Shown here: piece after piece, positions 1-13,230 of the stretch
Position numbering within the stretch: the stretch's first letter is position 1
Layout: every line of letters starts with the position of its first letter
Source: Octopus sinensis
Lineage: Eukaryota
Reading direction: 5' to 3'
Length of the DNA: 64,000 nt
Assembly (NCBI RefSeq): GCF_006345805.1
Contig: NC_043002.1
Span: 88,288,001 to 88,352,000 of the forward strand
Translations under genes and position numbers: made by a program
The notes under the pieces: model-generated
The model's database searches: none
Seen by the model: only the letters and a program-made list of their open reading frames with translations
What the model was told of the DNA's origin: nothing

Positions 1-171
1 CTACTCTTATCACACCTTAATACGAAAGGTGAATGGACAGTCAAGGAAAGAGTCATTTTGTGTAATCAAAAAGTATGCATTGGCATTATAAAATGTCATT
101 TTACAAAATTTAAAAAAGAAAGACAAAAAAGAGAAACAAAAACATTGACAAAAATCAAATGTCATACTTAC

Positions 172-310
172 AAGAGGATAATTCAAATTGAAAAATGTTT
201 CTAAATTACTGTAAAGATGAGGATCAACTCCAGTTAAGGGTTTAATTATGGACACACCCTGTAGGTCTTCAGGTGATGGTGGTTCATTGGGCCGATGTAG
301 TCGCCATTTG
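172..310 (-). CDS. UGCG: Internal coding exon of ceramide glucosyltransferase (glucosylceramide synthase), equivalent to vertebrate exon 2
   Basis: Encodes (x)[46 protein letters not shown], matching the UGCG motif GVS(L/I)(L/I)KPLxGVDPxLxxNLETFFxLxYP. Acceptor cttcttccag| at 311-320, donor |gtaagta at 171-165. 139 nt = 1 nt + 46 codons (phase 2 in, phase 0 out), as I recall for human exon 2. Confidence 0.93.
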
Positions 311-417
311 CTGGAAGAAGACAAAACAGATTTATTAGTGTAAGAGAGACAACAGCTAAAATTATACAGGTCTTGATTTACCTTTTGTAAATTTGAAATA
401 CGATTTATACTACCATC

Positions 418-587
418 ACTATTAGAGCACCCTAAAACCACATGGAAAAGGACCATTGACAAGGAAAGGAGATGAGAAGGGCGGAAAAGCTAGAATGAGA
501 CCAGAATAGTGGCAGAGAACCAGAGATGGTTGGAGAGATTATGTTACAGTCTTATGTACCTATTGGTACAGAGAACTAACTAACTAA
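418..587 (+). mobile_element. 3' end fragment of an RTE-type LINE
   Basis: Degenerate [10 protein letters not shown]...WRDYVTVLCTYWYREL resembles the RTE ORF C-terminus (TWRRT...W...ALC), followed by a short (CTAA)n tail. Confidence 0.55.
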
Positions 588-3500
588 TATTCATTTAAAC
601 ATTTGAATTTTCAAAATCTGATTTACAATGGATGAAAACTAAGCATCAAATATTTAGAGAAAAACAGTAAATGAATTAATCTGCTTACTGAAATTCAATG
701 AGAAATTGATGCAGTTTTATGAAAAACTAGCAACACCTCAAAAATAAGCTTAGTTAGTTTTTTTTAGAAACTATTATGAGAATTTAACTTTAAAGATTCT
801 AAAACTACCACAAAAATTATACAAATTATAATCATTAACAAAAAAATTCTAGATATCTGCAAGAATACAGAGGTTAGTTTTCATAGAACAGTGGAATCAT
901 ACATATAAAAGAAGCTATCCTAATCACTCATTTAGAAATAACCTTAATAAACAGCTGTAAACAGCTTTCATTCTAAAAGTTGACTGGTCAATTTAGATAG
1001 TGGTCATTCCACCCAGTCTTACTACACTGTGATCCTACTGTCATAACAGTTTTGGTAATGTTTATATTTTCAAAAGTAGAGTTCTTATTATTACATTAGA
1101 ACGTTCCCTTTCATTTATATAAATGTGACTGCCATCAATATTTCATAGAAATTGTGAAAATGCAATCCACAAACAATTTCCTAAAAGCAATAAGACAGCA
1201 TACTCCAAGACATTAATACTGATAAATAAGACATTATACTCTGTGAGTACCTATTCATACTGATAAAGCATCATTCTGTGACATGCCTATTTATATTGCT
1301 AAATAAGGACTTATTATTTTGAAATCATAATCAAGATTACTTATAATATAAACAGGTACTTTTGTAAGTATCAGATAGATATCAAAATTCAGAACTTACG
1401 AATTACCCAAATTATAATACAAAATTTTGAAAATAAGATCCTGAGTAGCTTTAAACTTTATGAAGTACAAATTGTAGATTTTTTTTTCCTGTTTTGTTTT
1501 CAATGCTTATGACATTCAATGACGAAAGGGAGGGGTCATTTTTTTGTTTTTTTTTTAATTATCAGGTTTGTGCTTCATAAATAGATAGTAACCTATTTGG
1601 TACTCAACTTTATAATGGGTGTGGTATCTACTTTTCGTCTCACCTAGAATAGCTAGTACACATTAACTTTCAACTTAACATTTGTTAATTAAAATATCTA
1701 AAACAGTTACACTGGAAGTAATTTATTATAATAGATTTCATGTTATGTCTGTACAGCATTATTAAGTATTGTACACGTGTAAAATAATATCAATAGAAAC
1801 GTGTACAATAATAGGTGTATATTTTACTAGATTACCAGATTTTATAATACGGATTATCAATACAATTAGAAATAAATAAAAAAACAAATTGACCTACATC
1901 TATGCCAAACACAGATTCAATTCATAAGCTTAATATTAAGCTGTAGGTTTTGTATTATCAAGCAGAAATGATAAGTCCACCCTTTGACTATAGTGGATAA
2001 GTCAATCTTTAGGCAGACTAAATCAGTATTCTTACCAATAAGCATAAAACAATCTTAAGTGGGATATGAGGGGGAAAAAAAAATTAAATAAGTCACTTCG
2101 TTTTTATGAGTCTTATTGTCTCTATACTAATATCATAAAAACAATTTACATTAAAAAGGTTAGGCAAAAATGTGAACGAGAGAAATTACAGCTATATGTG
2201 TATCATATGTAAAAGGTTTGCTGTTTTGTTATAATTTTAGTTACAAGAAGCTTTAAAAGCAATGAAGTTATCTTTTAACATTAAAAAAAAAAACTTAATA
2301 GATGTGGTTGCTACAATTATTTAAACAAACTAAAATTACTATTAGGGAAAAAAATATATTTCTAGCATTAGCAAATGTTAAACTTATCAAATAAAAAGCC
2401 AACTTCCTAAGCAAAAAGTTTAGCTAATGTTTACTAGTATCACAAAGCCGTGATATTTTAAAAGTAGAATATATTAGAAATTTTACATGATTCATGAAAA
2501 AATGTTAAAAATTTAAAAAAGCAAAATTCAATTACTCAACTTTAAATAAAGTCTAAAGCAATGGGCAATACATAAAGACAACCTCAGTATTTGAACAACT
2601 ATTTCATATAACAAAGAAATGGCTTTCAAAAAGCAGCATCAAAGGTTTACTTACTATAAATTTCATATATGACAAGTCTATAAATATTAGTTTCTTTTCA
2701 CAATAAAAGTGCCTTAAGGTTTTAAAAGAAATCTTAAATGATTTTGTGTGTGCGTGTGTGTGCACGTGCATATGTCTGTTTTGTGTGTAGGAACACACAT
2801 TCGTATAGATAAATGTGCATATATGAGTAAATGCACACATACACAGACCAATGCAGTGAAATGGAAAATTTCAGTACCAATAGCTATGGTCTATAAATCC
2901 ATAACAACAATTAAAAATAGATATATTTCTAAGGACTTGAAACACAGACTGTTTTCTAACTTTTGGCTAGCACACAAAACAATTCAGCAACAATAGATGA
3001 ATTAAGAGTTATCTTTTTGTTTTTTGGGGTTTTTTTTTTTCTTCCAGTTTAGGTATGAAGCTTTTACAATCACAAAAACAAAACCAAAAAGAAAGAAAAG
3101 AATGAAATAGTGAGAGTCAAATCACCATAGCAACTATATATTCTGAACATTATTTTTAGCTTAACATAGCTACAAAAGCTTTTGTATTACTGCTTGTATT
3201 CAAAAATTAATAAAAGATAAAACTCAAACCAAAAGATGTTTTTAGATCAAGGTAATCAATATCATTTATACAACAGAGATAGCTGATGTAAGATTGAACA
3301 CTAAGCCCTACTGTACACACAAGTTTTTGTGTTGAAGTTGTTTGATACTTGATGAGAAAGTCTACAGTACTGTATGATGACAAAAGTGGGATTAAAATGA
3401 ATTGCAAAAAAAAAAAATATTGATCTGTTAAGAAAACAATGCCCTGTCTTGACAACTCAACAATTCAACAGAGACATAGGAGCACTGTCATGACACATGG

Positions 3501-4774
3501 TATCTTAGGCATTTTAAACTTGGTGGTGCCCATCCCTTTCCAGGTCTGACCACAGATGATTTCTTCCAGAAGAGAGAAAAACTGACAAACAGCAAAGAGA
3601 AAAACAATCCTGGTACTTTACTGCCCCCAAAAGACTAAAACAAGATAACTGACCTCACAGTGAATCAACAATTCAAAATAGACTAGTCGGCTTTCCTTTG
3701 GACATGGCATGAAAATCACCAATGTCTCAAAGGAGTGAGTGTCGTGGAGTTCAGTTACATTCAACAAACACTAAAGTTTTCCCCAAAATCCAGGGTTTTT
3801 ATAACTGCTCAACTTGACTTAAAAGAATCGAAATCCATTACAAATATTCTTTACGTAACTTTTTAGAATCCTTATATGAGCAGTTATATTAACCAATGGA
3901 AAAAACGACAATAATAATCCTTTGGCAATGTGACATAACGTCATATTGCCAGCTACCACCAATTGGCGCCTTATTCCAAAATGGCTAAAATAGCTACTTG
4001 CAACAATAGTATAGAGGGTAAAATGATTACTACAAAAGCTATTTGTCTGACTCTTGACTGCCAAGTGGATATCCGTATGCATCTTGGGAGTAATTTACTT
4101 TTCATTCATAATTCCTTTGGTAACTTCCACTAGAATAATTCTGTAGTAAAAACTAACAATGAAACTTTAGAAGGAAGACATGACACATGCAATTGGTATG
4201 TGCTTCATGAAAATTCCAAGAGCACAACAAGTATTCTTTCATCTGTGCAATTCTCTAAGTCTTGGTTTGGCAGAAAGTCAAACCTGGGCTTAGTTTTTGA
4301 TAGCTAAATGAAAATGTAGTTGATTATGCACACACACCCATACGTCCCACAGGGTGCATCATAATTAGTCTTAGCGAGCTATTTTTCACCAGAAGTGTTC
4401 ACCATATTAATAAATTTATGAACTGGGCAGCAACATAAGTCACAGAGTGAAGAAAATAGGCAGAAAGAAGTGCTAATTTCTTTAAAGTCACAATTACAAA
4501 GTGATAGTAATTTTTAAAATAAAGGGAGCAAGTACACTTTTGCTGGACTCAGCCAACAGACTATGGCCATGCAATAAAAACCATGCTTGAATGGGGAAAA
4601 TGGATGTAAAAGCATTTAGTAAATTAGAATCTCATATTTTTATTGTTTATGAAATACAGACAAAAGAAAAAGTATGTGAAGCATGAAACTGAAAATTCAT
4701 TCTATAATTACTCAGTTTCTCACTTTATACATTTATCTTTCCACTTACAAAGAAACTCAAAGTAGTAATGGAGT

Positions 4775-5056
4775 GAATTGCTGAATGATATGTAGTAAGA
4801 AGTTAGCCTCCCAGCCACACGATTCTGGGTTCAGTCCCAATGTGTGACACCTTGGGCATGTGTCTTCTACTATAGCCTCAGGTTAATCAAAGCCTTGTAA
4901 ATGGATAGAAGCCCATCATATATATGTACCTTTGTGTGTGTGATTTTGTGTTTGTGTCCCTCACCAGAGCTTAACAATCAGTGTAGGTTTGTTTATGTTT
5001 CCATAACTTGGAAGTTCAGCAAAACAGGATGGCTGTAGTCAAATGACTGAAACAAG
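4775..5056 (+). mobile_element. tRNA-derived SINE type A, degenerate
   Basis: Head GGGTTCAGTCCC..., core CACCTTGGGCA.GTGTCTTCTACTATAGCC, tail CAAATGACTGAAACAAG; homologous to the copy at 24042-24451. Confidence 0.8.
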
Positions 5057-6835
5057 ATTATATATATATATATATATATATATAGCTAGAATAACCACAT
5101 GGCTTCATGTTCTATATCACTGCATGGAACTTTGGGTAAGTGTCTTCTACTGATATATGAATGGAATTGGTAGACAGAAAGCCCATTGTGTATACTGTGT
5201 TTGCCTGTGAATGCTGAGATTCCACATCTTTGCAGGACACCATCTGATCAAAAACATGATGTCATGTTTCCCTTCTGTATCATTAATATGTTATACAGTT
5301 CTGAGCTTTTGAAGTTTAGTAGAATAAGAAAAAAAATCCCTTCTTTGGAAAACTAGTGACAATTGGCAATGCTGCCTCAAATATCCTTGCAACCCATGCC
5401 GACATGAAAAAAAAAAAAGAAAAAAAGAGACACACACAAAAAATGAATGAATATATAAAACAATTCATTTCACAAAAGCTTAAACATTTCTTTTTCACTT
5501 TACAGATATTAGAGTAAATTATCTTAACACCAGCTCCAGACACAAAAAGTATAAATACTATCTCAACTTTAAAAGTCATGTATAAAATGTTAACACCACT
5601 AGTTCAAAGAGATAAATAGATTTATTTATTAGTAACAATAACAAATGTCACTTTTTGATTGACCTATGTGTGTGTGTGTGTTTGTTGCTAATATGTGCAG
5701 CAGACATAATGAGAGAAACATTTCTGGAACAAATGACTTGCATACCTAAGTTGACTGTTATAACAACATACCTGCCAGTGTGTGTGTGTGTGTGTAAAAA
5801 CTACAATGTGATAGAAACACTGATAAACTCCTGCTGACTTGAGTATATATGTAATACAATATCAAATAAGTGCTTTATTATCTATTTTAAGGAAAATTAT
5901 AACCTTTTCATATCAATTTGGAGTTGTATACAGCTATTTTCTCACCAATAAGTACAACCAACCTTGCTTGAGGCTGAGCTATCACTGTCAGGATTTGAAT
6001 TTACAAGCTAGAATTCCTTTCATATTTATTCTTTTAGATGTTTCTGTCCCATATATTAAACATATTTAGAAAATTACTACTTTGTCCTAATTCTGAACTC
6101 AAAACCATTTCCTTCACACTTTACATAATTTCCTCCAGATTATACATCTGTTTTTCCAAGGATTGAACAGGCCTGCTTCATCACAATGTTTCATAACTTT
6201 TGAAGTCCCTTATTTTCTCTATTCTGAGGTCCAGTATTCTGAAATCAACCTTCAACATCTTCCCATGTTCCCGTCCTAAATTTTTTTTTCTTTTTATACC
6301 CCGTGACTTAAGAGTATATCAATGTAGGTAGGCTAGCTCTCTCTCTCTCTCTCTCTCTCTCAATGTAAGCATTGAATATGATCAGTAATCAACATTATTT
6401 TATCTTTGATAATAATATTTATCTTGAGGACAAATAAATCCCAAAGGTTAAAAAAATTTTTTAAATCACATAAATGTTTGACGTCAATGGTTACGCCTTT
6501 AAATTCATGAGATGAAAGGAAGTTTAAACAAAGAGAGTATACAACAAAATTTTAGGAAAACAATCCATTCATTGTAATAATTATGACAGTAATTAATAGC
6601 AAGCAACTCATACCTCTCTCATTGGCATTTGTACAATTGTTAGGGAGCTACAATTTCAAAAGTTATACAAACAACTAAATTCGGAATTCATATGCCTTAA
6701 TGAAACAATGACTATTAAAAAAAGTGTGTGTGTTTGTATGCATGCACACACAAACAAGCTTTATACAACAAAAATATTACAGTGAAAAACCCAACAAGCA
6801 GTTCACACTGAGGATTTCATTAATCAAAACATATA

Positions 6836-7070
6836 CAGTAATCCCTCAACTATCACGGGTATTGCATTCTAAAACCTCCCACAGAAATAATTAAAATCTA
6901 AAAAAATATAAATAACTATTGGCCACAGAAACTCAGATATACTGAGGAGCCCATGATATAAATTTACATATATTAGCTAGAAAAATCCGTGAGGTACTGA
7001 GTGCACAATAGGTGAACCACAACGTGCTGAATGCGCGATAGGTGAACTGTGATATGGCAAGGGATTACTG
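6836..7070. mobile_element. Tigger/pogo-type MITE
   Basis: Perfect 11-bp TIR CAGTAATCCCT...AGGGATTACTG (imperfect to about 21 bp) with TA on both sides (6834-35, 7071-72). Confidence 0.85.
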
Positions 7071-7599
7071 TACAAATGCTTACTAAAGCAATAAATGCTT
7101 TGGAAAACCATGAAATATAGAGCTTATTAAGTTCTACATTCATTTGTCCAAAGTATACACAAGAGTCGATACTTGATGAGTAATGTATAAATTCTGATTT
7201 CAGAATATTTACCTCCGCTAAGGAAATAGGTTATGCTTTCATTTGCGTTGGTTTGTCTGTCTGTCCGTCTGTGTGCAAAATAACTCTAAAAGTTGTGAAC
7301 AGTATTTGATGAAACTTGCAGGAAAAGTTGGTAATGACACAAGGAACAGCTGATGAAGTTTTGGTAGTGATCTGGGAATTTTTATAGATTCTTGAAAGAT
7401 TTTTCATTTGTTATATTTACTTTACATGAAGTATTACAATGTTACGTTCTTTGATTATCTCCCTTGAAAACAAGTTCATTGTTTCCACATAACCTATGGT
7501 GGCATTGCTGTTTCTAAAGTCTATTTTCGTTTCTCTATTAGTAATTTTACTCACATATCTATCTTAAAATAAGCTGCTTGGCAGAGGTCTACGGAGGAT

Positions 7600-7900
7600 G
7601 ACATGACAAGCCTTGATTATTAGGATCAACTCAAAAAGCTCAGGCTTTGCTCCCTCCACTGCCGCTGTGAGCTCTGCATCATCTGTATGATGTGGAAAAT
7701 ATTCCATCAACATTGTCTATCTTTAAAATTCGTCTGAGACTTGGCTCCCATGCAATCTGTCCACTACAGAAATGTTCGTGTCATATCACAATACTATGAC
7801 AGAACTATTTCACCTCAATTGGCCCAGCTCTCTTCAACATCATGCCAGACACACATAAAGGAGGAAAGTGACCTCACAGCATTCAAACAATCTCGGTCCC
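7600..7900 (+). mobile_element. CR1/L2-type LINE ORF2 C-terminal fragment (decayed)
   Basis: LDY*DQLKKLRLCSLHCRCELCIICMMWKIF ... QLFNIMP ... FKQS resembles the conserved 'LxYxxRLxxLxLxSLxxRR...LFNxLP...FKxxLD' tail. Confidence 0.65.
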
Positions 7901-7959
7901 ATGAGGTTTGGATAATGGATTTTCAACTGTGTAAAGAAACTGATTGTGGTGAAAGCAGA

Positions 7960-8290
7960 GACAGTATTGATGATGACGATGGTCGAGATAAGTGTGGGAG
8001 GAGGATAAAATAGTATTGGTGGTTATAATGGCGACAGGAGCAGTGTAATGTGTGATGGTGGTAAAATTGGCGTTGATGATAGTGTTAGTTGTGTGATGGT
8101 GGTATTGTAGTGGTTACACTGGTTGTAGTGGTGAAAGTGACTATCAAGGTAACTGTCATGATAACGTTGATGGTGGTGAATGTGGTTGAAGTGGAAGCAA
8201 TGACAATGCTGCTGCTGATGTTGGGGGTTGTGGTGGTGATTGTGATATGGTGGTAGTGGTGATGGTCGTCGTCGTCGTCACAGTGCTGCT
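7960..8290. repeat. Degenerate (GGT/GAT)n low-complexity tract
   Basis: Visible TGG/TGA/GTC triplet runs; source of the spurious Thr/His/Val-rich ORFs. Confidence 0.85.
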
Positions 8291-9302
8291 CCTTCTGGGT
8301 CGGCAGAGGTCTGTGCTCTCCGAGCGCTTTTCTAGTTTTGCCATAGTACGTGTTTTCAGCCAAATTAACTTTAGCTATGTAATTGCTATCTTATCCAAAC
8401 AATTTTATAATTCACCAGGAATTCCCTGTATTCAAAGAAATCTAAACCACTAAAATAATACATCAATCAAATTTGGTGCATAAGCATTTAATTTTGAAGT
8501 ATTTATATTTTTATTTTACTTTAGTTATCAAAGATAAAATGTCTTTCATCACACAACCCATATTATATCCATACACACACCCAATTTACACTAACCATTT
8601 CATATACTATCTCCCCACAACATTCTCCCTCTAGAATTTCCATGTACATGTTTTCTCTGCAATCATTATCTTACAGTTGTTCAGTAACAACTGCTAGAGT
8701 AACCACTTTCAGAGTAGACTGTAACAACCTAGGATACAACTCCTTCCTCCAGACCAAACCATTAAAAGAATAAAATAAAACTTTAGGCCTCACACCAAAC
8801 TGGTGATTTAGTTGTTTTGAATTTCAATTTGAAACTCATAAACAATATTGGCATGTAAAAGTCAAACTTCACAAGCTATTCCCCAATGCAAAAATAGTAA
8901 GAAGTATCACAAGAAAAAAAATTAACCACATATCGTTAGCATTAATAATTATGTTAACATCAACATTGTAAATTTAATTACTGGTTTCCAAAACTAGTAT
9001 TGATTGAATAGTCAGATATATAAAAGCAATGAATGATTAAGCTAGTTAATTCTAATGTTCCTTAAATAAAAGCCCTTAATAATTAGTCTTTGAAGCAAGA
9101 TCTAAACCTAACAACAACATAATCTTTCTACAGTGGTATTTTAGTGCATTAATTCTAACTTCTTAGTTGCAGATCAATTTCAAACACACCAATGAACAGA
9201 AAAGTATTTTTTTTTTTTATTATTCTAATCATATTATCAGTCTTCAGTGGAGATAAAAAAGCATATATTCTTTTATTAAGAAAAACTGTTATACTCTTTA
9301 CT

Positions 9303-9708
9303 CTCTTTTACTTGTTTCAGTCATTTGACTGCGGCCATGCTGGAGCACTGCCTTTCATCGAGCAACTCGACCCCGGGGCTTATTCTTTTGTAAGCCCAGT
9401 ACTTATTCTATCGGTCTCTTTTGCCGAACCGCTAAGTAACGGGGGCATAAACATACCAGCATCGGTTGTCAAGCAATGCTAGGGGGACAAACACAGACAC
9501 ACAAACACACGCACGCATATATATATATATATATATATATATACGACGGGCTTCTTTCAGTTTCCGTCTACCAAATCCACTCACAAGGCTTTGGTCGGCC
9601 TGAGGCTATAGTAGAAGACACTTGCCCAAGGTGCCACGCAGTGGGACTGAACCTGGAACCATGTGGTTGGTAAACAAGCTACTTACCACAACAGCCACTC
9701 CTGCGCCT
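9303..9708 (-). mobile_element. SINE type A, full length
   Basis: Reverse complement of AGGCGCAGGAGTGGCTGT...GACTGAAACAAGTAAAAGAG, with an internal (TA)n. Confidence 0.92.
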
Positions 9709-9762
9709 TATAAAGATTTTTCAAAGCATTAACTCTGTCTCATCATTTGTTTTGTTTACTCT

Positions 9763-9954
9763 CTTTACTCTTTTGCTTGTTTCAATCATGTGACTGTGGC
9801 CATGCTGGAGCACCGCCTTATTCTTTGTAAGCCTAGTATTTATTCTATCGGTCTCTTGCTGAATCGCTAAGTTATGGGGATGTAAACACACCAGCATTGG
9901 TTGTCAAGCGATGTTGGGAGGGACAAACACAGACATGCAAACATATACACACAT

Positions 9955-9985
<31 letters not shown>

Positions 9986-10111
9986 CACGATGGGCTTCTT
10001 TCAGTTTCCGTCTACCAAATCCACTCACAAGGCTTTGGTCGGCCCGAGGCTACAGTAGAAGACACTTGCCCAAGGTGCCACGTAGTGGGACTGAACCTGG
10101 AACCATGTGGT
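9763..10111 (-). mobile_element. SINE type A, head truncated
   Basis: Same core and tail as the 9303-9708 copy; stops at CATGTGGTTG. Confidence 0.88.
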
Positions 10112-10797
10112 TGATGCTAGCATGGATAAGATGTATATCTAAATGAAAGTATACATATGCAGTAAAATATAGAATTTTAAAAAATCCTACATTATAAGAA
10201 AACACAATTACTCTAACAGTAAATTATTTAAATTTCATTTTCTAAAGAAAAGCAATGAATCTAAATTCTACACTTTGGAATGTCAAAAGAGTTTGTTTTC
10301 TTTTATCATTTTTCTCTTTCCCATGTGCAACACCTACAGCAGTGAGTGCCCAAGGCTGGACATTTCAAAACACTGAAAGTCTCCAATTGTATGTTTTGTT
10401 GTAATTTCTGAAAACTACAATAAATATCTGAGGTATCACCAAAAAGAATAAATAAATAAAAATTTTAAAATATTAAAAAAACAATAGCCCAAAAGCTGAA
10501 TTTTAAGGGAGTTTTATGGCATTTTGAAGTTTGGATATATGCACAAATTAATGGTGTGGGAAGTGCAAAATTCTTACCATGAAAAAATGGCTTGAAAATT
10601 TCAGAGGAAAACAAAAAAATGATTTTATCCATCCAAAGAAAGAAAAGGAGTTTGGTGAAATCTACTCAAATTTTATGGTGTTTTCCATAAGTTGGTAACT
10701 TTATGAAAAAATGGCACAGAGCAACAACCAAAGTCTATTTGATTTGGAAAATTCAAGACATATGCTTAACTATCAGACTCCAAAATGCTACCCTTTG

Positions 10798-10849
<52 letters not shown>

Positions 10850-11673
10850 TATATATATATACACGATGGGCTTCTTTCAGTTTCCGTCTACCAAATCCAC
10901 TCACAAGGCTTTGGTCGGCCCGAGGCTACAGTAGAAGACACTTGCCCAAGGTGCCACGTAGTGGGACTGAACCTGGAACCATGTGGTTGATGCTAGCATG
11001 GATAAGATGTATATCTAAATGAAAGTATACATATGCAGTAAAATATAGAATTTTAAAAAATCCTACATTATAAGAAAACACAATTACTCTAACAGTAAAT
11101 TATTTAAATTTCATTTTCTAAAGAAAAGCAATGAATCTAAATGCTACACTTTGGAATGTCAAAAGAGTTTGTTTTCTTTTATCATTTTTCTCTTTCCCAT
11201 GTGCAACACCTACAGCAGTGAGTGCCCAAGGCTGGACATTTCAAAACACTGAAAGTCTCCAATTGTATGTTTTGTTGTAATTTCTGAAAACTACAATAAA
11301 TATCTGAGGTATCACCAAAAAGAATAAATAAATAAAAATTTTAAAATATTAAAAAAACAATAGCCCAAAAGCTGAATTTTAAGGGAGTTTTATGGCATTT
11401 TGAAGTTTGGATATATGCACAAATTAATGGTGTGGGAAGTGCAAAATTCTTACCATGAAAAAATGGCTTGAAAATTTCAGAGGAAAACAAAAAAATGATT
11501 TTATCCATCCAAAGAAAGAAAAGGAGTTTGGTGAAATCTACTCAAATTTTATGGTGTTTTCCATAAGTTGGTAACTTTATGAAAAAATGGTACAGAGCAA
11601 CAACCAAAGTCTATTTGATTTGGAAAATTCAAGACATATGCTTAACTATCAGACTCCAAAATGCTACCCTTTG

Positions 11674-11716
<43 letters not shown>
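9985..11716. repeat. Two-copy tandem duplication, period 876 bp, bounded by (TA)n tracts
   Basis: ACACGATGGGCTTC starts at 9985 and 10861; CCCTTTGTCTTT ends both units at the same 876 offset. I found only two substitutions (ATTCTAC/ATGCTAC, GGCACAG/GGTACAG). Confidence 0.95.
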
Positions 11717-11722
<6 letters not shown>

Positions 11723-12883
11723 GCTTTTTCTTCAACTCTTACCCTCTTATAATTTTTGTCAAATTTTGGTTAATTTCATTTTTATACTGAATATACCAAC
11801 AATATCTTTTTGAGAGCTTTTTACTTTTTAAAGTGACATGGGAATATGGTAGGGCAGAGGACAGCAATAATATAACAAAATAAGGAAGTGAAGTCAATAA
11901 GACGGATTTAATGAATAAAATGTGTATCATAGATTATCCATATTTTACAAAATTAATCTAGAAAATTTACTCAACAATGAGAACTATAATGCAGAAAACT
12001 ATGTCAAAAATTTATAACATATTTAGTCTTTTGATTTTATGATTCACTAAGGCATCTACCTCTTTCAAAAGCCCTTCTTCCTTCTATCCAAAGGATCAGT
12101 AACTTATGGAATGTCCTTTTACTCTGCAATTTTTGCACCATGGATGTTTCCATTGCTGAGTCAATCAAAACTTGATGAGCATGTCTTTCAAATTTTCAAT
12201 CTGACTAGTCTTTTACCCTAAATGTGTTCTGAATCTTTTGAACAATTTGTTACAAGTCCCCAAACCAGATTCATCGAGTTGGCTAGCTAATTCATGTAAA
12301 TTTATATCATTGACTCCTCAGTGTATCTGGGTTTCTGTGGCCAATAGGTATTTAGGATTGTTCAAATGAACAGATAAAGGCCAGCACAGATACTTCGATA
12401 ATGCTTAACATAGATGTGATCTTTCATATTATGGTTCTCAAAATACTGGCTGAATGCCAAAAAATCTGAACTTCCTGTAATCAGCTACTTTTAGTCTTTA
12501 AATTTAATTTAACATTCACAACACTCTAGAAAGACACTTTCAACAAAGCTCTCAAACACTATCATAATATTCTTAACCAAGTTATGATAAAAAAATACTT
12601 GGTTAAAATTAAATCTATGATTACATTAGTCTAATTTCTTGTATTCTGTACACATGTTATTCATGAGAAACCAACAATGATAAACTAACTGAATTTTTAT
12701 CCTAGAATTATAAAGAATTGAAGCATTTTACCAATATTAAGTGAGTAACTATCATCATCATCATCTGTACCAGTACAAACAAAATATAAACCCAATTCTA
12801 TTTCTAAAGTCCTGTTCTGCAGGAATTACAAGAAGCATTCCATTTCAATATTCTATTTGCTGCTTAATGGCATCATTTGATTC

Positions 12884-13230
12884 TTTTTACTTGTTTCAGT
12901 CATTTTGATTGCAGCCAAGTTGGAGGACCACCTTAAAAGGTTTTTTTTTTAGTCGAAGAAATTGACCGCAGGACTTATTCTATTAGTTTCTTTTGCCAAA
13001 CTGATAAGACCAAGAATAGTTATCAAGTGATGGTGGAGGGATAAACACAGACACAAAGAGACACACATACACACGATGGGCTTCTTTCAATTTCTGTTGA
13101 CCAAATCCACTCACAAGGCTTTGGTCACTCCGAGGCTATCATAGAAGACACTTGCCCAAGGTACCACACAGTGGGACGGAACCCAAAACTATGTGGTTGG
13201 GAAGCAAGCTTTTCAGCACACAGCCACATG
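12884..13230 (-). mobile_element. SINE type A
   Basis: TTTACTTGTTTCAGTCATT...CACACAGCCAC homology. Confidence 0.85.

Larger units (their letters stand above)
7208..8337 (+). mobile_element. Helentron-associated (HINE/DINE-1-like) non-autonomous element, composite
   Basis: 5' TTTACCTCCGCTAAGG followed by a (TCTG)-like microsatellite; inverted subterminal copies CTTGGCAGAGGT (7577-7588) and CGGCAGAGGT (8301-8310); 3' hairpin GTGCTC-TCC-GAGCGC (8313-8327), then TTTTCTAGTT. Confidence 0.7.

Noticed and set aside
10-462. 150-aa ORF taken as a whole protein
   Set aside because: Only 172-310 is UGCG-like and bounded by splice sites; the rest is intronic read-through, partly antisense to an RTE fragment.
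2036-2080. Candidate UGCG exon 1 ending TAT TG|gtaag
   Set aside because: Right phase, but the translation FPLISHLRLFYAY has no start codon nearby and no W-x-x-H-x-x-A-I pattern.
3819-4082. 87-aa minus ORF that looks coding
   Set aside because: No recognisable motif in any frame and no convincing splice boundaries.
8085-8453. Thr/His/Val-rich ORFs
   Set aside because: Products of the (GGT/GAT)n tract.
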